A DNA stretch of 63,827 bases, counting the filler, from Octopus bimaculoides (lineage: Eukaryota), in NCBI RefSeq assembly GCF_001194135.2. It is 6 parts of 6 records of this genome, joined end to end, with 100 filler letters (N's around TTAATTAATTAA, not from the genome) between each part and the next. Parts side by side here need not be neighbours in the genome. Positions count along the whole stretch, not along the records: positions 25,972 to 40,360 come from NC_068997.1; positions 40,461 to 54,357 come from NC_068988.1; 4 more parts are not named here. One strand, 5' to 3'. The notes beneath the pieces were generated by a model. That model searched no databases and had not been told where the DNA came from. It saw only the letters and a program-made list of their open reading frames with translations. Both the position numbers and the translations under genes were made by a program. Shown piece by piece: positions 38,449-48,680 of this stretch. Within the stretch, counting starts at the first letter, position 1. The number at the start of each line of letters is the position of its first letter.

Positions 38449-40460
38449 TATATATATATATATATATATATATACCATCATCGTTTAATGTCTGTTTTCC
38501 ATGCTGGCATGGGTGGGACAGTTCGACAGGAGCTGGCCAGGCAGAAGCCTGCACCAGACTTCTGTGACTGTTTTGGCAAGATTCTTACAGCTGGATGCCC
38601 TTTTTAACACCAACCACCCATATGTGTGTTGTATTTTTATAGGTCAGTTGATATGATTTACATTAAGTTTGTGAAACCAAAAGGTAGCTCCCAACCCTTC
38701 TTTTACATGTTTTCAACTTCCTATTCTATGTAAAAACTGAACTACAAGAATTATAGGGTAGCAGTTTTCAATACAGGAAGTATTTTTGAGTTTTACTTTT
38801 TTTTTTATTAGTTAGACATATTTTTCTTTCTCCATTTTCATTGGCTGGATATTCCATTTGATTTCCCTTCTAATTTCAAACCATACTTGATCAGTGGAGC
38901 AGAAACAGATGGGCATGAAATATATCAATGATTTTTCATGTTGTAGATGTGTAGTATGAGTGAGGGTGGGTGAGTGTGAAAGATTGACTTCCTCATTCTC
39001 ATTATATCTTTTATTGTTTTGTTTATTAATCCCACCGGTTGGGAGAAAGGATCAAGTTGTCCATTGTTGGATTCTGTTAATCATCATCATCTGCTTTCCA
39101 TGCTGGCATGGGTTGGATGGTTTGACTGAGGACTGGCAAACCAGGAGGCTGCACCAGGCTCCAATCCAATCTGACAAGGTTTCTACAGCTGGATGCCTTT
39201 CTTAATGCCAACTACTACAAGGGTGTAGTGGGTGTTTTTTTACATGCCACCAGCACGGGGGCCAGACAGGCAGCACTGGCATCAACCATGTTCGGATGGT
39301 GCTTTTTATGTGCCACCAGCACAGGAGCCAATCAGGCAGCACTGTCATTGACCATGCTTGAACCTTTCAAGCTTGTCTGCAGTCCAATGACTGAAACAAA
39401 TAAAAGATAATCTCCAAGTTTTAAGTCCTCTGAGAATGGTTGCTGAATATATTGTCATCAGTTGTCTGACCTCTCCTAGGCTATCAACGCTCATACTTTC
39501 CATTAACCCTCTTACCCTCTCATACTGGTATGAACCCATACATTTTAACCCTTCAGTATTTAAACTGGCTGTATCTGGCTCAAATATTCTACCTGTTCTA
39601 TGTTAAAAGCAATCAGTTCCACCTTTTCACACCTACCCTACAATGTCATTCTAAAAATAAGCAATTACTTCATTGAAATCGCAAAGCTAAAAGATAATGA
39701 ATGATTAATTCAAAATAGTTCTTATAAATAGGCATTACATTCGGCAGAATAATCTGAATGGTTAAGGTTCAAGGCCATACAGTTTTGGTCAGTTTGTGAA
39801 CTCTAAACTGATTAAAGGTCAAGCTGACCATGGCTCAATTTGAAGTCAGAATGTAAAGAAATATAAATAAAAACTGTTATTTTGACCAAAGTTCTGCTAA
39901 TTCTACTAATCCATCATCCTTCTCTATAGAATATTAATTAATAACAATAATAACTGTATTTCACAAAATTTGAGGTAGTTGGAGAAGTAGAGGAAAATTT
40001 GTTAAACCACAAAGACAAAGATACAGAAACAAAAATAATCTAGAACAGGCTTTGGAATTGTGTTTGAAGAATAATTACCAAGAAAGGAACTATTGAAAAA
40101 AAAAAAAAAGACAGAATGGGGAGGAGAGAGTGGGTGGTGATGGGGTGGATTTGGTTTTAAGAATCAGAAAGGAATAAAACGACAAAAATTAAATATTTTT
40201 AAAAAGTTTTTGAAAAACACTTTCCAAATTTAAATTTTGTGTGTGTGTGTGTCTTAATTTTTTTTTTTTCTTCTTCCTAAACTGAAATTTGTAAAGAATT
40301 AAATTGATTTACTGCAGTCGCATTTCTTTCTTTCTTTAAGTCCTGGAAATTTAGTAACAGNNNNNNNNNNNNNNNNNNNNNNNNNNNNNNNNNNNNNNNN
40401 NNNNTTAATTAATTAANNNNNNNNNNNNNNNNNNNNNNNNNNNNNNNNNNNNNNNNNNNN

Positions 40461-40508
<48 letters not shown>

Positions 40509-40636
40509 TATACAATTAAACACATAAGAGATGACCATCATATGACACCTAACACGCTAGAAGGAGTAGCCAAAATCTAAACCACTGTTAGGGGTAATTT
40601 AGAAGGGAATGAAAAATAAAAACATTTACCATCTTT

Positions 40637-40703
40637 CTTCTGAACCATGGTTTCGAACTCTAATTAGCAAACGAAATAATTTGCTAGGCGAAGTTCTCAT
40701 CAG
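40637..40703 (-). ncRNA. Minimal hammerhead ribozyme motif, inverted copy of 41019-41091; stem I 5' strand lost at a junction
   Basis: Minus strand reads CTGATGA-GAACT-...TAGCAAA..TTTGCTA...-AGTTC-GAAA-CCATGG-TT-CAGAAG. Stem II is perfect and extended by an internal hairpin. Confidence 0.65.
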
Positions 40704-41018
40704 AAGTTCTCTTCTAGCTTGTTAGGTGTACTATGATGGTCGTCTCTTATGCGTTCAAATGTATACTGTACTCATATGGATAATATATAGTCTATTGACT
40801 AGTTTTCTAAATGCTAGACCACTGGTAGTAAAAATTTCTAAAATTTTTCCTACCCTGATATTTATTAATAATATTTTGGCAAATTTTTGGAACAAGTCGG
40901 CATTATTTTATTTACTGCCGACAAAAAAACTGCGCTTGCGATGTGGATTTGAAAAATTAGAATATGTAAGCACGAGACATATACTGTATTGCCTCGTATT
41001 TATATGTTAATTTTTGCG

Positions 41019-41091
41019 TTCATGCTGATGAGAACTTTGCCTACCAAATTTTTTTATTTTCTAATTAGAGTTTGAAACCATGGTCCAGGAG
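41019..41091 (+). ncRNA. Minimal hammerhead ribozyme motif
   Basis: TTCATG-CTGATGA(41025-31)-GAACT...AGTTT-GAAA(41074-77)-CCATGG-TC-CAGGAG. Palindrome ACCATGGT, GUC triplet, stem I pairs 5 of 6. Confidence 0.72.
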
Positions 41092-41473
41092 AAAGATGGT
41101 AAATGTCTTTATTTTTCATTCCTTAATAAATTACTCCTAACAGTGGTTTAGATTTTGGCTACCCCTTCTAGCGTGTTAAGTGTCCTATGATGGTCATCTC
41201 TTATGTGTTTAAATGCACACTGTATTTATATGAATAATATATAGTCTGTTGACTAGTTTTCTACATGGTAGGCCACTGGTAGTAAGAATTTATAAAATTT
41301 TTCCCACCCTGCTATTTATTAATANNNNNNNNNNNNNNNNNNNNNNNNNNNNNNNNNNNNNNNNNNNNNNNNNNNNNNNNNNNNNNNNNNNNNNNNNNNN
41401 NNNNNNNNNNNNNNNNNNNNNNNNNNNNNNNNNNNNNNNNNNNNNNNNNNNATATATATATATATATAAGTTT

Positions 41474-42120
41474 AAATAATAAGGGTGATAAATTGGATAT
41501 TAATTTAACACGAATTTAAAACCAGTGGCCTAGCATAAAAAAAGTTCTGAAAATTCAGAAAAATTATATTACATGCATATGAGAAGGGATGACCACTAAG
41601 TGAACATCCATTATGTTAGAAATAGACCATCTACGGTCAAACCACAAAAGAAAATAATGTTCTCTAGGGAAATTCAGCACACACCTGAACATGAATGGGC
41701 AAGACAATGGAAATATACAAAATAAAGAATTAATCGTAGACCAGGTTTCACCAGCAATGCATTAACGTAATTTTTACTTACGTAACAACATCCGTGGCTC
41801 TTCGGTACGACCGTTCTAATTCAATATAAATCGAAGAACAATACACGAGTTGTCCACATAAAATTAGTCATGTGTACAGTTCTACCGATTACATTGGGGT
41901 TATTTTCAGAAGTCTCTGTTCTGGCATGCTAAATACCGGAAACAATTCTGCAGAAGATAATTCACTGCAGTAACCATCGTCGGTTAGAGAACATAATTAT
42001 TAAAATTCAAATAATAAGGGTGATAAATTGGATATTAATTTAATTAACACCAATTTAAAACCAGTGGCCTAGCAGAAAGAAAATTCTGAAAATTCAGAAA
42101 AATTATATTACATACATATG
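41474..42120. repeat. ~110-bp direct repeats (41474-41581 and 42009-42120) flanking a unique ~430-bp core; possible pseudo-LTR element
   Basis: Both copies read AAATAATAAGGGTGATAAATTGGATATTAATTTAA...ACCAGTGGCCTAGCA...TTCTGAAAATTCAGAAAAATTATATTACAT.CATATG. Confidence 0.7.
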
Positions 42121-42607
42121 GGAAAACAAAAACATTTCCAATCTAGTCTTCCTGAAAATAGCATTTTCCTACTCTTGGTATTGTTCCAATTGACATCGAT
42201 TTATGACAGATATATCTTTTCAAAACTGTCAGTATTAAAATGTAGGGTCGGCTTTGATCGGGTTCGAATGCAGATCAAACTTTGTTTTATGAGTTTATCA
42301 GAAGCAAGAGGTGAGCACCAGTAGATAAAGAGACCAAGACTGAAAGCAACAGAGCTGAGTCCACAGAAGGAATACAAGCACATAATGGTGGCAGTGTTAC
42401 GCATGAAGTTTGTCACCCAAGAGAGATGGCGTTAAATAATATTCTTTATTCTTTAGCCTGCCAGCTCTGACCTCTGTTAAATTGGTCAGATTCCCCGTTC
42501 GCTTTTGCATTCTAAAATGGATTATAAATAAATGAATGAATAAATAAATAAATGAATAGAAAATAAATAAATTAATTTCAAAAATTAAAATAAATATAAA
42601 TTCTTAC

Positions 42608-42766
42608 TTTATTCATTCTGAATTCAATTGTAAATGTATCGTTTGACATTACTGGATCAGGAAATGGGTCTTGAAGAAGATATTGACTTTTGACACCATC
42701 CGGTTCAAAGCTGTCACTTACAGTATCTGTCTTGTTATAACCCCACAGGACTCTCATTGTATTTTG
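42608..42766 (-). CDS. MOXD1-like gene, third coding exon (DOMON end + linker before copper monooxygenase domain)
   Basis: CTTTTATTTTGTAG acceptor and GTAAGA donor. 159 nt, phase 0-0, QNTMRVLWGYNKTDTVSDSFEPDGVKSQYLLQDPFPDPVMSNDTFTIEFRMNK; T.RV.W.Y and G.KS..LL match recalled MOXD1 sequence. Confidence 0.85.
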
Positions 42767-43029
42767 CTACAAAATAAAAGAAAAAAAACACTTTCACAGT
42801 CCTTCCTCCTCCTCCACGTCATCATCAACCTCAATAATCTTTTCTATTAAAGGCACAAAGCTTAGTACTTAATTTATCCAATCCCAAATGGATGAAAGGT
42901 AAAGTCGGTCTCAGGAGAATTTGAACTCAGAGCATAAAGACTGACGAAATGCCGCTAAGCATTTTGACCGGCGCGCTAACGATTCTGCAATCTCGCCACC
43001 TTAATAATCATGTTAATAATCATAATGTT

Positions 43030-44175
43030 GTGTTCACATCCAATCAGTCCTCCACCCCTCTTTTTCTTGGTACATACAGTCTGTCTTTGTAACTTTTTAG
43101 GTTTTGTATTCCATTTCTAATCAGCAACTTCCTTGTCTTTCTGTCTAAGCTGTTTAGTTCGTCTACTGTCCATGCGATTACCCCTGCTCCATATATAAGG
43201 AGTGAAACCGCCCAGGTGTTGATAACTTCAATCTTATTCCATCCGTTTAATTTCGACAGTCTTGGACTGCGCAAGTACTCCACTTTAAATTTTTCTGTCA
43301 TTTCTTTCTTCATCAATTTATCCATTTCCAATATCCCCAAGTACTTATAGCCCATCTCTTCTATCTGCTTCTTAATCTCCCCCCTGACGGTATCGCTACC
43401 CCGTCCATACATTTGATTTTGCCTCTCTTCAAGACGAACACACCACACATGTTCAGTCCGAATTCCATTCTGATATCAGCACGGAAAGTATACACTATAT
43501 CAAAGAGGGAACTGACTTGGGATTCATCATTACCATAAAGTTTGAGGTCATCCATGAATAACAAGTGGTTGACTTTTTTTTAGTGGCTTTTGAATACATA
43601 CCCAGCCTTTGTTTTCCTCAGAATCAGTATTAGTGGTATCATGCACAGTACGAAGATCAGTGGGGACAGACAGTCCCTTTGGAAGATGTCTCTCTTGATT
43701 TCTATTGTTCCTAAATTTCTATAGGCTGTCAGTTCCGTCCTCTACTTCACCATACCTTTTCCAAGCAATCGCTCAACATTCAATGCAATATCAAATAGGC
43801 GTATACATTCCATAACCCAAGAAAGTGGTATCATATCGTACACCTTACGATAATCGATCCATGGCCTGGCTAAGTTACTTTTCCTCCTCTTGCTGTCTCT
43901 AAGTACAGTTTTGTCTACCAGGAGTTGATCTTTGGTGCCTCTGTATTTACACACGCAATCTTTCTGCTTATGTCCGTATATTGACTCTTCGACTATTCCA
44001 GTCACTAATTTCCACATAACAGGTAAGCAGGATATCGTATTGCCATTTTCAATGTTTTTCAAGCACAACAACTGTTCTACCTATTGTCAACCAGTCTGGT
44101 GTTACTTGATCTGCATTTAACATGGTATTGAGTTGTGCAGCTATTCGTGCATGACATTCACAAAACATTTTGATC
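43030..44175 (-). mobile_element. R4/Dong-like non-LTR retrotransposon RT fragment (degenerate)
   Basis: Frameshifted segments: ISCLPVMWKLVTGI...GTKDQLLVDK...WIDYRKVYDMIP; LFMDDLKLYG (catalytic DD); MEFGL; YKYLGILE; KLNGWNKIEVINTWAVSLLIYGAG; DRKTRKLL; DRLYVPRKRG. Confidence 0.88.
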
Positions 44176-44204
44176 CACTATTATTATTGTTGGTGTTGTT
44201 GTTG

Positions 44205-44422
44205 TTGCCTTTGCACAGCTTCTAATGCTGGAGATGTACTGCGGTGTCAGCTGTTCACTACCAGTGAACTAAGGTAACGTCTCTTATTTTTCGAGCACCT
44301 TCCGGAGTATTCGAGCGGTTCCAAATAGTGCTGTTTTCTGCAAGTGCTCCACCCTTATTGCAGCCTCTATTTGTTCCACGTACTTCTCGAGATTTTTGCT
44401 CACTGTTCCCAGGGCTTCGACA

Positions 44423-44425
<3 letters not shown>
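44205..44425 (-). mobile_element. R4/Dong-like element 3' end (restriction-like endonuclease C-terminus + 3' UTR)
   Basis: IIVEALGTVSKNLEKYVEQIEAAIRVEHLQKTALFGTARILRKVLEK*; closely similar to 54895-55130. Confidence 0.8.
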
Positions 44426-44470
<45 letters not shown>

Positions 44471-44596
44471 GTTCAGTAGTTTTATTTTTATAACGTGCTT
44501 TCACTTCACTACCGAGCGCAGCTCTGTGCGCCTTGGGTATGTGCTGTGGTTTGCTGTGGTGCTCTTATGTTTACTGTATTGAAAGTGTTTTGCGTA

Positions 44597-44659
<63 letters not shown>

Positions 44660-44679
44660 TTAAAAGGATTGACGTAACT

Positions 44680-45660
44680 CTTCACAAGGGTAAACAGACG
44701 AGACGAAGAGCAAGATGCGATTTTATTCATTTTATTCACCTATCCATTTTATTCAACTTCAGCATTCTCCTTTCCATGGATCTTTGTGTCGATCCTAATC
44801 TATTTGCAATGCTTTTATTGGTAGTTCATGTTTCTGGTGCGTACGTAATGGTAACCAACACAGACTGGTTGAAGACCTTTCTTTTTAGATGCATGAGCAA
44901 GTTACTGTTCATGATGTGATTCAATTTACTAAAGCATGTCGAACCTGATGGTATTCGACGTTCAATTTCTTTGGTCTGATTTTTATTTTCTAAATAGATT
45001 CTTTGTCCAAGATAAGCGTATTGGCTCACAAGTTGAACTATTTCATCATCTATTGCTACTTTTCCATTAGATTGCTAGAGGTTATCTTCATTTTGTTAAT
45101 ATTAATTTTCAGTACACATTTTTTTTCGCTTTCTTCTTTTACTTCTTTAATATTTGTGTTCATTCTTTAATGATCCTGGAAATGTTTGCAATAGCTTCAG
45201 TGAATTTGAGATGATTTAGCAAGCATCCGTTTATATTTATTCCTTTATATATATTGGTCACCAATATAGTTTAAAAAAGATTTCCTAATACAGATGTATT
45301 AATACAGGTTAATACAGATGTATTAAAAACCTTGATGATATTGCGTCTCCTCGCCTGACTCCTTTACTAATTTTGATATTAATCGCTTTGTTGTTTATAG
45401 TTGTTGTTGTTCTACAGTTGGTGCACACATTCTCCAATAACTTTACGCAGTATCCTTCGATTCTCTTTTCCTCCAATGTTCTTAGTATATCATCAATTTC
45501 TTCGGAAAAGCTTTCCAAACACTATTAACGTTAGCCATAATGGTTGACGTTTATATAGTTTGGTATTTCTCTCCTGTTAGTTTATAGCAGGTATGTGGTC
45601 TATTGTGCTGTAGTTTTTCCTGAAGCCTTCCTGTTTTGCTGTAGTGTCAATAAAATCAGA
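44680..45660 (-). mobile_element. RTE-clade LINE 3' portion (RT and post-RT region) with (ATT)n tail
   Basis: QEGFRKNYSTIDHI; KGVRRGDAISS; YAYLGQRI...KEIERRIPSG...LKRKVFNQSVLVTITYAPET; adjoins (ATT)n at about 44597-44660. Confidence 0.82.
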
Positions 45661-46024
45661 CGAAGTTCTTCGAACGGTAAATTCAAAGGAAACGGTCCCA
45701 GATATTTTGGAGCCAGAAGTTAGAAATGTTATAAAGGAAATGAAAAAACAATAAAACTGCAGGTTCAGATGGGATTGAAATAAACATAATAAAAGTGGTT
45801 TGACCTAACATAGAGAAGGAACTAGCTGAGCTTTATACAAAATCTCTACATGAACATAAGATACTGGATATGTGGAAAATTTCGAACTTATCTTTCATTA
45901 TAAAAAGGGATGCCAAAGATCTAAATGTCTAATCAGTCAACGATCACACAACAGCATGAACTTCTCAAAAGTCATATCAAAAAGAAATGAAAGCTGGATG
46001 AAAACACTACAGCAGAGCAGGAAG
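45661..46024 (+). mobile_element. Inverted upstream part of the same RTE-clade RT region
   Basis: ETVPDILEPEVRNVIKEMK...KTAGSDGIEINIIK...ELAELYTKSL...MWK...KKGDAKDL corresponds to RT domains 0-1 on the opposite strand. Confidence 0.75.
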
Positions 46025-46273
46025 TATATAATTAATCAGTTTAGATAAATTCTTAATTACTTGAAACTGTTTCCATTCTTTTTTGTGTCACAAACAATTT
46101 CCACTTTGTACAATTCTTATTTCGCTAAAGAAATGAATCTCATTTCATAAAAAAATATTTTGCGTACGAGATTAAGCATATGAACACTTGCTCAGTCTAT
46201 TTTAATACTTCCTAATGCGTGTTTATGTGAGTGGTTCAGCTTAGTTAAATCTTGTAGAAAATATAATACTTAC

Positions 46274-46417
46274 TGTGATGTTTACTTTCATATTTGACCC
46301 AGAAAGTCCTCTACAGAACGTCAACGTTGTTTTCGTATCAGATTCATTGAAGTACATTAGATGCCATTCACTGGTTGCTTGTAAGGACAATTTCTTGTCA
46401 GCATTACCATAGTAGTT
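46274..46417 (-). CDS. MOXD1-like gene, second coding exon (DOMON middle)
   Basis: TTGTAG acceptor and GTAAGT donor. 144 nt, phase 0-0, NYYGNADKKLSLQATSEWHLMYFNESDTKTTLTFCRGLSGSNMKVNIT, with the DOMON-type W.L....E....T.L.F.R pattern. Confidence 0.82.
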
Positions 46418-46504
46418 CTACAATAAGACACAAATATGTATAAAGGTAGTGCTCCAGCATGGCAGCAGTCAATTGACTAAAACAAATAAAAGAATATATA
46501 TAAA

Positions 46505-47045
46505 CTAGCAGAAATACCCTGCGTTAAGTGAAATGTTAAAAGAATTCAACTCATATATGTATATAAAGTAAATACACGTAATTCAAACACACGTTTTGTG
46601 TAGCTTATTTCGTAACCAGAAAAGAGATGGAGATTATAAACAATGAAAGGCCGATTTTGGTGATTCATTTGACAAAGGTAGTAGAGACCCAATCCGATGA
46701 TAAATCTGACCTTTGATTTTGAAAGTTTACATGAATACTGGCTCAGTTAAATCTTTCGTGGCTCCAAATGTCACCAGTTGGGCAGCGTTGTATCGTCTAA
46801 TTTTGTTTTGGAAGTGCTTGGAATTTGGTTAGTTGATGACAACAGTTTCTTCAATGAATCTGGGGGTTGGGGGATTGCAGGGAGTTTAACCTTTCCACCA
46901 TTGCAGCACCGTGCAGGTGTCTCTCCAGGCCACTTCCTTGCCTTACAATGTATGCACTCACTTGCACCAGTGGAAATTCTAGTGTTATCTGCATAATGAA
47001 CTGCTAAATCATAATTGAAAGCTGCTTCATAGAATTTGCTTCAAA
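46505..47045 (-). mobile_element. Helitron fragment (Rep/helicase N-terminal region + 3' CTAG terminus)
   Basis: AAFNYD...CIHCKARKWPGETPARCCNGGKVKLP...PPDSLKKLL, then after a frameshift HFQNKIRRYNAA...TFKIKGQIYHRIGSLLP; these are hallmark Helitron motifs. It ends ...GGGTATTTCTG-CTAG|T at 46505. Confidence 0.88.
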
Positions 47046-48428
47046 CACACACATATACATGCATACTGATACACACACACATATATATATGTATATACAT
47101 ATACATACATATGTGCACTTGTATATACATATGTATATATATATATATATATATNNNNNNNNNNNNNNNNNNNNNNNNNNNNNNNNNNNNNNNNNNNNNN
47201 NNNNNNNNNNNNNNNNNNNNNNNNNNNNNNNNNNNNNNNNNNNNNNNNNNNNNNNNNNNNNNNNNNNNNNNNNNNNNNNNNNNNNNNNNNNNNNNNNNNN
47301 NNNNNNNNNNNNNNNNNNNNNNNNNNNNNNNNNNNNNNNNNNNNNNNNNNNNNNNNNNNNNNNNNNNNNNNNNNNNNNNNNNNNNNNNNNNNNNNNNNNN
47401 NNNNNNNNNNNNNNNNNNNNNNNNNNNNNNNNNNNNNNNNNNNNNNNNNNNNNNNNNNNNNNNNNNNNNNNNNNNNNNNNNNNNNNNNNNNNNNNNNNNN
47501 NNNNNNNNNNNNNNNNNNNNNNNNNNNNNNNNNNNNNNNNNNNNNNNNNNNNNNNNNNNNNNNNNNNNNNNNNNNNNNNNNNNNNNNNNNNNNNNNNNNN
47601 NNNNNNNNNNNNNNNNNNNNNNNNNNNNNNNNNNNNNNNNNNNNNNNNNNNNNNNNNNNNNNNNNNNNNNNNNNNNNNNNNNNNNNNNNNNNNNNNNNNN
47701 NNNNNNNNNNNNNNNNNNNNNNNNNNNNNNNNNNNNNNNNNNNNNNNNNNNNNNNNNNNNNNNNNNNNNNNNNNNNNNNNNNNNNNNNNNNNNNNNNNNN
47801 NNNNNNNNNNNNNNNNNNNNNNNNNNNNNNNNNNNNNNNNNNNNNNNNNNNNNNNNNNNNNNNNNNNNNNNNNNNNNNNNNNNNNNNNNNNNNNNNNNNN
47901 NNNNNNNNNNNNNNNNNNNNNNNNNNNNNNNNNNNNNNNNNNNNNNNNNNNNNNNNNNNNNNNNNNNNNNNNNNNNNNNNNNNNNNNNNNNNNNNNNNNN
48001 NNNNNNNTATATATATATATATATATATATATACTGTCATTACTACAAATGACAAAATATTGAGAGTTTGAATGTGATTGTTCTGGGTGTGATTTTAACA
48101 GTAAAGTGTGGTTATTCTGGTGTTGGTGATGCCGTGGTCTTTCGTCATCGTTTAGAAGTTATACGCTTCTGTCTGCTGTCAGGTCTCTGTCTGTTTGTCC
48201 GTCTGTCCGTCTGTCTCTGTCTGTTTGTTTGTTTGTCTGTCTATCTGTCTGTCTGTCTGTCACTAAATTTATAGTACTGGATAAGTTCAAAAAGAAAGGC
48301 GCAAAATGATGGAAACGTTGCTGGAGCCAGTTCTAGGCGAAGAAAACAGCTTAACAAAAATTAGTTCAGCGTAATGTTCATGTAACAAACGACTAAAATT
48401 GTGTTTTATGTAAAATTATTTTACCTAC

Positions 48429-48680
48429 CGAAGAATAAGATTGCCCGTTAGAAACTCCTGCAATGAAAATATCGGCGTTTTTCAGGCCACCGTCCATTGA
48501 TAAACCTAGTGCCACGTAACCTAGTGTTTTAACTTCTGCATGGAATTCAATATGAGATTTGTTAAATTTCCATGAAAGGTGATAAGTTTTGTTGAAGTCC
48601 AGATAAAGAGAATGGAAATAATCATCTGCCAAAACACTGGAAGCAAAGCAGGAGAGCACGAATACAAGAAAATGCGGCAT
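48429..48680 (-). CDS. DBH-like monooxygenase (MOXD1 family)-like gene, first coding exon: signal peptide + start of DOMON domain
   Basis: ATG at 48680; 84 codons, MPHFLVFVLSCFASSVLA/DDYFHSLYLDFNKTYHLSWKFNKSHIEFHAEVKTLGYVALGLSMDGGLKNADIFIAGVSNGQSYSS; donor CG|GTAGGT. Y.L.W and G...G.S..G....AD are DOMON hallmarks. An upstream acceptor (TATATCTTACAG, near 48773) suggests a non-coding exon further 5'. Confidence 0.88.

Larger units (their letters stand above)
40506..41324. mobile_element. Rearranged Penelope-like terminal repeats (inverted plus partial direct copies)
   Basis: 40506-40703 is an inverted copy of about 41026-41224, and about 40710-40870 is a direct copy of about 41165-41324. Both inverted arms carry hammerhead cores. 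The PLE assignment is inferred from this architecture; no ORF was seen. Confidence 0.6.

Noticed and set aside
41781-41815. Small AG..GTAAGT segment on the minus strand as possible MOXD1-like exon 4
   Set aside because: The phase 0 translation (NGRTEEPRMLL) does not match the family, and it lies inside a probable repeat element.
42201-42416. Minus-strand ORF MTNFMRNTATIMCLYSFCG... just downstream of MOXD1-like exon 3
   Set aside because: No suitable in-frame acceptor and no similarity to the expected copper monooxygenase exon (V.IP...T.Y.C, HH).
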